Positions 56,001 through 64,000 of a DNA stretch of 64,000 nucleotides are shown in pieces. This stretch comes from Eledone cirrhosa (Eukaryota), in assembly GCA_964016885.1 (NCBI GenBank), contig OZ024743.1:324198001-324262000 (forward strand). The letters run 5' to 3'. A model generated the notes under the pieces. The model made no database searches. It saw only the letters and a list, made by a program, of their open reading frames with translations, and had not been told where the DNA came from. A program made the translations under genes and the position numbers. How positions within the stretch are numbered: position 1 is the stretch's first letter; each line of letters starts with the position of its first letter.

Positions 56001-57861
56001 AGACATTTTTCCATGCTGGCATGGATTGGATGAAACTTTTTTTTTCTGAAGCTGTATTCTATGGCCAGATACCACACTTAAAAATATGTAATGGTTGACA
56101 TTAGGAAGGGTAAGTAATGGCTGGTATTATGGTTTAAGTAAATACTCTCACCAGGAAGGGCATCCAGCTGTATAATACTGCTTCATAAAAGTCTCAACAA
56201 ATCCATGCCAACAAGGAAAATGGGATGTGATGATGATGAAGAGGAGGAGAAAGAGGAAGAGGTGGGTACATATTTCACAGATTTAAACATGGTTTCAGGT
56301 TCCATCCTACTGCGTGCCCCCACCTCTGTATTATAGCAAAAGGCTGGCCAATACCAGGTGATTATATTTGGTAGATGGAAGCTCAACATATGTGTGTGTG
56401 TGCATGTATGTGTATCCCATGTTTTAGAATAGATACACCGATTAAAAATTGTTTAAATCATAAACAAATCTATTTCAAATAAGAACACTGCAGATATTTA
56501 AAAACGGAAAATAAAGAGAAGGGCAAGGGCTCTGGGGGTCACATAAGAATGGGGGGGGGGGGGGGTAGGAGAGGGTCATGGGCTCTAGGCTTAATGCCCG
56601 GTGGTGTTGGAGCTGTGCCTTGCAGACTAGACCGCAAAAGCATGTTGTAAGAGGTGACAAAAGGGGTTGGCACCAGGAAAAGCATCTGGCTATAACACAT
56701 TGTCTCAAACCCTCCCCATCCAACCCATACCAGTATGGAAAAGTTAATGTAAAAATACTGCTGCTGATGATGATGATATATATATACCATCATCATCATC
56801 ATGTAATGTCTATTATCCCTGCTTGCAAGGGTTAGACAGATCAGCAGAGACTGAGTCAGTACTTAATTAGAGCCACAGACCTCTTGTGTGTGTTTGTGTG
56901 TGTACATGCATAAACCAAACATATAAATAATAAATGTGGTTGGCATTAGGAAGGACATCCAGCCATAGAAAAACACACTATGCTAGTGTGGAAAAGTGAA
57001 TCTAAAAACAGATGATGATGGTGGTGGTTAAGATGATGATGATGATGTTGATGAAGATGACAATGTTGAGGATAATGCTTGTGATGATGATGTCGAAGAT
57101 GATGATTATCACAATGCTGGTGATGATGGTGAAGGTGAAGATGGTCTAAGGTAGGATTACTGTAAATCTGATATCTCACAACAGATATAGATCTATTAAT
57201 AAAAATCAATAACCAGCTATATGTGCTCAATCATGTGTGAGTCACATGTTGACTACAGTGGAATATGTTTCGCTGTTTTAAGCATCCTTACTGATGAGTC
57301 AAAATATATTGATGAAACCAATTTTTGGCTCAAATGTAAAAGATATCCATATTGAATTTTGATATACATACATTTGGATATATGTTTGGATAGATGTGGT
57401 GAGAGACTGGAGTGTTTGGCAATTAAATGGGAACAATTTAGGGTCGGAGAGGAGCCTTCAGTCTGGATGAGAATAAAATTCCTCCAGTACACTATGTAAC
57501 ATGTTTGATGTTGATGCCATAATAAAATACGCCCAGTCCACTCTGTAAAGTGGTAGTGCTGGTGTTATGAAAAACACAGCCAGTACACTCTGTAAGGTGG
57601 TTGGCATTAGAAAAACCATCCAGTCACAGAAACCACGGAACGTAACGAGTAAGATGGGTTGCACTGATCTGTCTGGATTCAGATTGTGACAGCTCACCTA
57701 CCTCATGCCAGAGTGGAAAGCAAACATAAAATGATAAAGATCATGATGATGATTTTGTGTATAATATGAGAAATTAAATACAATATATATATATATATAT
57801 ATACATGCACACAAATCCATGCACATACACAAATGCATATACATACATACACATCTATGTA

Positions 57862-59197
57862 TCATCATCATCATCATCATCATCAGGTTTAGCGTCCGTG
57901 TTCCACGCTTGCATGGGTTTGGACGGGGGTTTTCCCACTTGAGGCAAGAGTGGTTGTCTTGCTCGCATAGGACTGTCTGGCGGGTTTTCTACAGTTGGAT
58001 GCCCTTCCTAACACCAACCACATTTACAGTGTGGGGCTGGGAGGTTTTTACCGTGTTGCCTACACGGCCACATTACAGCGTGGACTGTCTGGCGGGTTTT
58101 CTACAGCTGGATGCCCTTCCTAACACCAACCACATTTACAGTGTGGGGCTGGGAGGTTTTTACCGTGTTGCCTACACGGCCACATTTACAGCGTGGACTG
58201 TGTGTTTTTTGTCGTGACACCTACACGATCTCATTTGTTTCGGCTTGGATGTTGTGGGACCAACATAACTTTACATTGAAAGGGGCGGTGTGGGTGGGGT
58301 GGAGGTGGTGGGACAGGGGTGTGTTTTGATAGAGATGCCTACTGACTGTAGTAGGTTTTTACTTTGTATTTAGGTAAGGCGGGTCTTCTCTATTACTGAG
58401 TACCGCCAAAGGTCTCGGTCCAGTGACATTGTCTTGGAGAGGTGTAAGCGTGTGAGGTCGGAATTTATCAGCTCGTCCCATGTTTTTCTGGGTCTGCCTA
58501 CTCCGTGGCTACCGTCTATCTTTATTGCCCTGCACTTTGTTATACAGCTGTCGTCTTTCATGCGCATCACGTGACCGTACCAACGTAGCCTTCTCTCGAG
58601 TAAACAACATCTGATCCCTCTTATTTCTAATTTTTTCCTTAGTTCGTTTATGCTTTGCCGTTCACGTATATTACTATTGCACATCCAGCGGAGCATGCAA
58701 GCTTCGTTCCTCTCTAGTCTGCGTATATCCTCTGCACACAATGCCCAGGTCTCACTGCCATGCAGCATTGCTGTTCGTATGCAGGCATCGTATAACCTGC
58801 CTTTCATTTTTAGGGAGAACCCTCTAGCGGCTAATAGTGGTATAAGCTCTCTGAACTTTTTCCATCCAGTTCTGACTCTAGCTACTGTACTTTCAGAGCA
58901 CCCTCCCCCACTGCTGATTTTGTCACCCAGATAACGGAAGCTGTCCACTATTTCTATAGAACCCTCTGCGCAGTTGAAGGAGCTAGTATTTTGTGGGCAC
59001 TTGCTGCTACTTATTGCACCAGAGCACCGGCCACATGTAAAATCTATGTTCTTAGTTAGCTTACCTGTGATCCCACTACATCTTTTATGCACCCATACTT
59101 TGCATTTGGGACATAAAATGGAGTTTCTACCTACGCCTTTCCTACACACTGAGCATGGCCATTTCCCCGATGGGACCGCCGCCTTATTTTCTTTCCT
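57862..59197 (-). mobile_element. RTE-clade LINE, subfamily A, 5'-truncated, open frame to 58370
   Basis: C4HC3 finger, FRYLG and RLRWYGH; ~112-bp tandem duplication in the 3' UTR; (GAT)n tail. Confidence 0.97.
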
Positions 59198-59864
59198 AAA
59201 TACATTTATTCATGGATATAACTGTACATCTATGTATACTTATAAACATATATTATTCTTACACATATACATCCAATCAGATAAACACATTCACACACAC
59301 ACTCTCTCTCACACATAAACATACTTATATGCATACATCAATACAAGATATAAGTCAGATAAAATGCTAAACTTCCTTCTAAAATGCCAAAGCAGTAGAT
59401 AAATGCTAAAATTTTCTTTCCAAGATAGGGAATATGAGATTTAATCAAATAGGGATATAGGAACTACTCAGGGGTTTTTATAAATACTGAATCATCAATC
59501 ATAATTAAATTAAATGAATTATAGCATCATTTAACCGTTTTGTGACTATATTTCTAATGAAATACACTCTGTTTTGCTTTCTTACTGGTTGTAATTATTA
59601 GACAGTGGCTATGTTGGGTCCCCCATCTTAAAGGGATTTAGTCAATCATATTGAACTAAGTACATATTTTTCAAGTCTGGTACATATTTTATTGATCTCT
59701 TTTTGTCGAACTGCTAAGTCAGTAAATGTAAATGGAGATAGACATAGGCACACACACATATCCTTAAAAAAAACACATGAGAGAAATATAGGAAACAGAA
59801 AACGTGGAAGAGACAAGCACATGGATAATTCCCACTCTTCTGGGGATTGTTGTAGTGGTGAGCC

Positions 59865-59961
59865 TTGTTATTCTAGAGTTCCACCTGCGTACTTGCAGGA
59901 TCATCAGATAAGTCTTGTCTGATGATCCTGTGAATGCACAGGTGAAACTCTAGAGTAACAA
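59865..59961. repeat. palindrome made of two head-to-head hammerhead copies
   Basis: TTGTTATTCTAGAGTTCCACCTG...TCATCAGATAAG-T-CTTGTCTGATGA...CAGGTGAAACTCTAGAGTAACAA. Confidence 0.9.
59915..59961 (+). ncRNA. minimal type I hammerhead ribozyme with palindromic stem III
   Basis: TTGT-CTGATGA-TCCTGTG(AATG)CACAGGT-GAAA-CTCTAGAG-TA|ACAA; GUA triplet; U10.1-U11.1 mismatch. Confidence 0.75.
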
Positions 59962-60189
59962 CACCACTTAGCTATAATATATAAATATTTAAACTCTGCT
60001 TCAGTATACAGTAATCAAGTATTTTTTCTCACATCCGTCAATAACACACAGATAAATATATAAAACTTTATATTCAGACATGCATTGTACAAGTTACCGC
60101 ATGATTATATGGTCATTTGTTTCAAAAGTATAGCCTTTTGAAATCAAATGATACTTTTTTATACACCCTATATGCATATATGTATGTGC

Positions 60190-60228
<39 letters not shown>

Positions 60229-61199
60229 GATATATATATAGATATACATCATCATTTTTCCTGCTAGCAAGGGCTGGATGGGTCATCATAGATGAAGTCA
60301 GAACTTGATTGTAGCTACTGATGTCTCAGAGAGGGTGGGCATCAGCATCTCACATACATATGTGCTTGCACTCTATAGAATGCACAGGGTACATTTTATG
60401 ATGACAATAGCACTAGGGAGATTGTCATGTCTGCATCATAACTGAAGAGTCCTCCAGGCCTTTTGTTTAGCAAAATGTCTATGGTTGGATACCATTCCTA
60501 TAACCAACCACACTACAGAGTGTACTTACTGGGTAGGTTCATCATGTCAGTAACACTAGAGAGGTTGTCACGCCCTTCACACTACTGAAGAATTCTCTTG
60601 ATTCTTTTTTTAGCATAGTTTCCACAACTGGAAGCTCTTTCTAACACCAACAACTTTACAGGGTGTACTGGGTACATTTTATAATGGCACCAGCACTATA
60701 GGAGTTGCTGGTCATAGAAAGACTGAAAGGTCTTCTCTACTGTATGGGAGGATAGCAAAAGGTGGTAGACAATTAGCTTCTACAGTTTCTGACTACAAAA
60801 TTTCACTCACACAGCATTGGTCAACACAAGGCTATAGTAGAAAATATTTGCCCGAAGTGCCCCACAGGGGGAATGATCCCGAAACCATGTGGTTGCAAAG
60901 TAAACTCCTTAACCACACTGCCATGCCAGTACCTGTATGCATATGAATGCGTATATATGCATATGTGTGCATTACCTTCATAACTTAACCCTTCACCTTT
61001 ATCAGGATAGTCAGTAAAAGAGATTTTGATTAGTCAGCATACAGACAAATTGATTGGTTTGGGGGAAGGGTGGAGTACAGGGAGGCAGTAATATATGTGT
61101 GTGCTACATTTCTGACTGTATGTGTAGGTGCATACATATATGTAAATATATGCACACACACATATGCATATGTGTGTTTGTGCATGTGTGTATATGATG

Positions 61200-61385
61200 A
61201 TAATTGTTTCTACTTTTGGCACAAGACCAGCAATTACCCAGTGCATACTGGTACTTTATTTTATCGACCCCGTAAGGATGAAAGGCAAAGTTAACCTCGG
61301 CGGGATTTGAACTCAGATCATAAAGGGCCGTAACTCTTTGCTGCAAAGCATGGCGTCCGACCTTCTACTGATACTGCCAATCCAT
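61200..61385 (-). mobile_element. Nin/Deu-domain tRNA-SINE, full length
   Basis: Reverse complement of 28253-28440. Confidence 0.9.
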
Positions 61386-61390
61386 CGCCC

Positions 61391-61433
<43 letters not shown>

Positions 61434-61649
61434 TAATAATGAGTAGGAACGAGGTGTCAAAGTATCATCATTATATTATATATTTATTCATGTGTGATGC
61501 ACAATTCACGATTGATTAGCTCAAGGTACGATACGTATCGATCGCGCCAGATTCTGGAATCAATAGCTCATCAGACTCGTGGTTTCCTCAAGGGAACCAT
61601 GTATCTGATGAGCTATATAATATAATGAGGATACTGTGAAACCTCGTTT

Positions 61650-61936
61650 CTAACTTTGCCTTTCATCCTTACGGGGTCGATAAAATAAAGCACCAGTAAT
61701 GTACTGGGATAATTGCTGGCCTTGTGCCAAAAAGTAGAAACAATTATTATTATTGGCAGTATCGGTAGAGGGTCAGACGCCATGCTTTGCAGCACAGTTA
61801 CGTCCCTTTTTTGACTGAGTTTAAATCCCGGCAAGGTTGACTTTGCCTTTCATCCTTACGGGGTCGATAAAATAAAGTACCAGTAATGTACTGGGTGATT
61901 GCTGGCCTTGTGCCAAAAGTAGAAACAATTATTATT
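61650..61936 (+). mobile_element. tandem Nin-domain SINEs (partial 61650-61750 plus full 61752-61936)
   Basis: Nin-like domain and AAAAGTAGAAACAATT end occur twice. Confidence 0.85.
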
Positions 61937-62096
61937 AACACTCTGCTTATGAAAGAGACCAACCACAGTATAACAGCAAATGTACAATACCTCATAATAT
62001 ACTAAACCGGGACCACCTAGGGATCAGGTGCTCAAGTTGATGAAACAATAATAACTTTAAGTTACAAACCATTAATATATATATATATATATATAT

Positions 62097-62376
62097 GACC
62101 GGGTGATGTGTTGTTTCCTTGAGCAAGACACTTTATTTCACATTGCTCCAGTTTACTCAGCTGTAGAAATGAGATGATAGGGACCGGAGTCTCTATCATT
62201 CCACTGTAAAGTGGTCGTGGAGGTGCCACGGCAAAAAAGCACCCAGCACTCACTGTAAATGAGGTTGGTGTTAGGAAGGGCATCCAGCTGTAGAAATCAA
62301 GCCAGCATCAGTTCCCGTCCCACCCTTGCAAGCAGGGAAAAGCGGACGTAAAACGAAATGATGATGATGATGATGA
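62097..62376 (+). mobile_element. CORE-type SINE with RTE-derived tail, 5'-truncated
   Basis: Matches the 23340-23705 and 63475-63778 copies. Confidence 0.9.
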
Positions 62377-62380
62377 TATA

Positions 62381-62831
62381 TATATGAATGTATATATAGT
62401 GTATTTTGCAATACACTGTATGCTTAATTAAAAGCATTTTGAAGACAATACGCTATTGTTTTAAAGTAGCGACATTGTCGCTTACTTAAATTTTCGGCAA
62501 ACAGGGGAAGATAAGTTGACAGCTCTGTTTCGTACTTTTTGGTACTTATCAAAACTCACTACTCTCCCTGTCTGCCGAAAATTATGTGTGTTGGATTCTT
62601 ATAGAATTCCAGTAACAATCAGGAACTGATTATACAGAGCGGTCGCCGGTCCAGCAGAAATTGAAAATTAGAATTGGTGCTCTGAAATAGCGATATATAT
62701 ATATGAATGTATATACAGTGTATTTTGCAATACACTGTATGCTTCATTAAAAGCATTTTGAAGACCATACGCTTTTGTTTTAAAGTAGCAACATTGTTGC
62801 TTACTTAAATTTTCGGCAGACCCCCTGTCTG
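62381..62831 (-). mobile_element. ~319-bp hairpin-rich unit in partial tandem (retrozyme-like or PLE terminal repeat)
   Basis: 62381-62500 is repeated at 62700-62820; contains a hammerhead; 62621-62686 recurs at 63048-63113. Confidence 0.6.
62489..62583 (-). ncRNA. type I hammerhead ribozyme with U3-A8 variant core and long stem I
   Basis: AATTTTCGGCAGACAGGG..TGAGTT-TTGATAA-GTAC(CAAAAA)GTAC-GAAA-CAGAGCTG-TC|AACTTA..CCCTGTTTGCCGAAAATT. Confidence 0.82.
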
Positions 62832-62917
62832 GGAATAATCATACCTTATCAGTTGAATATTCATCTGATAAGGTATGATTATCCTTGGCTATGTCAAAAT
62901 TTATAAAACACTCTTTG

Positions 62918-62980
62918 TATTTTATCTGATGAAAGCATACCAAAGTTTTTTGGTACTCTTGAAATATATATAATAGAATA
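62918..62980 (+). ncRNA. candidate minimal type I hammerhead ribozyme
   Basis: TATTTTAT-CTGATGA-AAGCATACCAAAG(TTT)TTTGGTACTCTT-GAAA-TATATA-TA|ATAGAATA. Confidence 0.7.
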
Positions 62981-63112
62981 AATATGGTTTTATAAATATA
63001 GTTTCCATTTATTTAATATCATTGAATATTTACTCCAGAAATCTCTCAGGAACTGATTTTACAGAGCGGTCACCGGTCCAGCAGAAATTGAAAATTAGAA
63101 TTGGTGCTCTGA

Positions 63113-63368
63113 ACACACACAAAAACAAGATGGCGTAGGACAGAACAAAGGAGAGGCACAAAAACAAAGAAAAGAATCCCACATCACTGAAGAGGTCACA
63201 GAATGTGTGACAAAAGAACTTTGACAATATATGAACAACCGTCCAGTTGTGGAACCAACCAACCAACTGGAAATTTACAAATTTCTTAAATTTATAATAA
63301 ATTGGAGTGAAAGCAACTGGTGCGTGTGTTTCTTATTGGCAACATGACCCTCCCAAAGTATAACAATA
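63113..63368 (+). mobile_element. second copy of the 49723-49991 repeat; hammerhead GAAA mutated to AAAA
   Basis: CTGAAGAGGTCACAGAATGTGTGAC-AAAA-GAACTTTGAC. Confidence 0.75.
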
Positions 63369-63474
63369 TCGGTTTCAACACACGTTTTCAGATAAAGAAT
63401 CTTGCTAAACAAATTCAGAAACGATATATATATATATATATATGATGATGATGATGATGATGATGATATATATA

Positions 63475-63778
63475 TTGCAATCGAAAGGTTGTGCGTTCAA
63501 TACTCGGACCGGGTGATGTGTTGTTTCCTTGAGCAAGACACTTTATTTCACATTGCTCCAGTTTACTCAGCTGTAGAAATGAGATGATAGGGACTACGGT
63601 CCCTATCATTCCACTGCAAAGTGGTCGTGGAGGTGCCACAGAAAAGAGCACCCAGTACTCACTGTAAATGAGGTTGGTGTTAGGAAGGGCATTCAGCTGT
63701 AGAAATCAAGCCAGAATCAGTTCCTGTCCCACCCTTGCAAGCAGGGAAAAGCGGACATAAAATGATGATGATGATGAT
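63475..63778 (+). mobile_element. CORE-type SINE with RTE-derived tail
   Basis: B-box-like GTTCAATACTC, CCTTGAGCAAGACACTT, RTE-B-like tail, (GAT)n. Confidence 0.9.
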
Positions 63779-63784
63779 ATATAT

Positions 63785-63840
63785 ATGTTTAATATAGAAA
63801 TGGCTTCTAGTCCTGTAGAAGCCATTCCTATATTAAACAT
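63785..63840. repeat. ~25-bp-arm palindrome
   Basis: ATGTTTAATATAGAAATGGCTTCTA-GTCCTG-TAGAAGCCATTCCTATATTAAACAT. Confidence 0.85.
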
Positions 63841-64000
63841 TTATACTCTATGATGCATTGAGTACCTTACTTACTGTGGTTACCCCCGATTGAACCTGGG
63901 ATACACACATATATATAAAGAATAATAAACACCAAAGAGTCAAAAGTTGTCAAACTAACACATGAACCCTACTGCATTGAGCTTTAAACCTTCTGGTTAA

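Noticed and set aside
61600-61652. Intact hammerhead (CTGATGAG...GAAACCTCGTT)
   Set aside because: No convincing stem I or stem II; better explained as parts of two nested inverted repeats (with 61445-61480 and 61563-61575)

Overview
AT-rich eukaryotic (animal) genomic DNA, very rich in microsatellites. The SINE/LINE repertoire and (TA)n/(TACA)n load suggest a coleoid cephalopod such as Octopus (inference). There is no complete host gene; only two weak candidate exons of a PX-domain-like protein are seen. Nearly all long ORFs in the track are microsatellite artefacts or 5'-truncated RTE-clade LINEs (two subfamilies with a PHD-type finger inside the RT region). Other mobile elements: fragments of R4/Dong-like and CRE-like RLE retrotransposons, a Penelope-like (Naiad-type) 3' end, mariner, hAT, pogo/Tigger-like and piggyBac-like DNA elements, an end-to-end Chapaev3-type transposon with a TTA TSD, and two tRNA-derived SINE families. 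The most notable signal is a set of type I hammerhead ribozyme folds read by hand from the sequence: at least six good candidates in about five unrelated sequence contexts. Two of them carry a compensatory U3-A8 catalytic core instead of C3-G8. Several lie in fold-back palindromes or in a ~319-bp hairpin-rich, retrozyme-like tandem unit. Folds were done by eye, not computed, and coordinates of degenerate elements are approximate.
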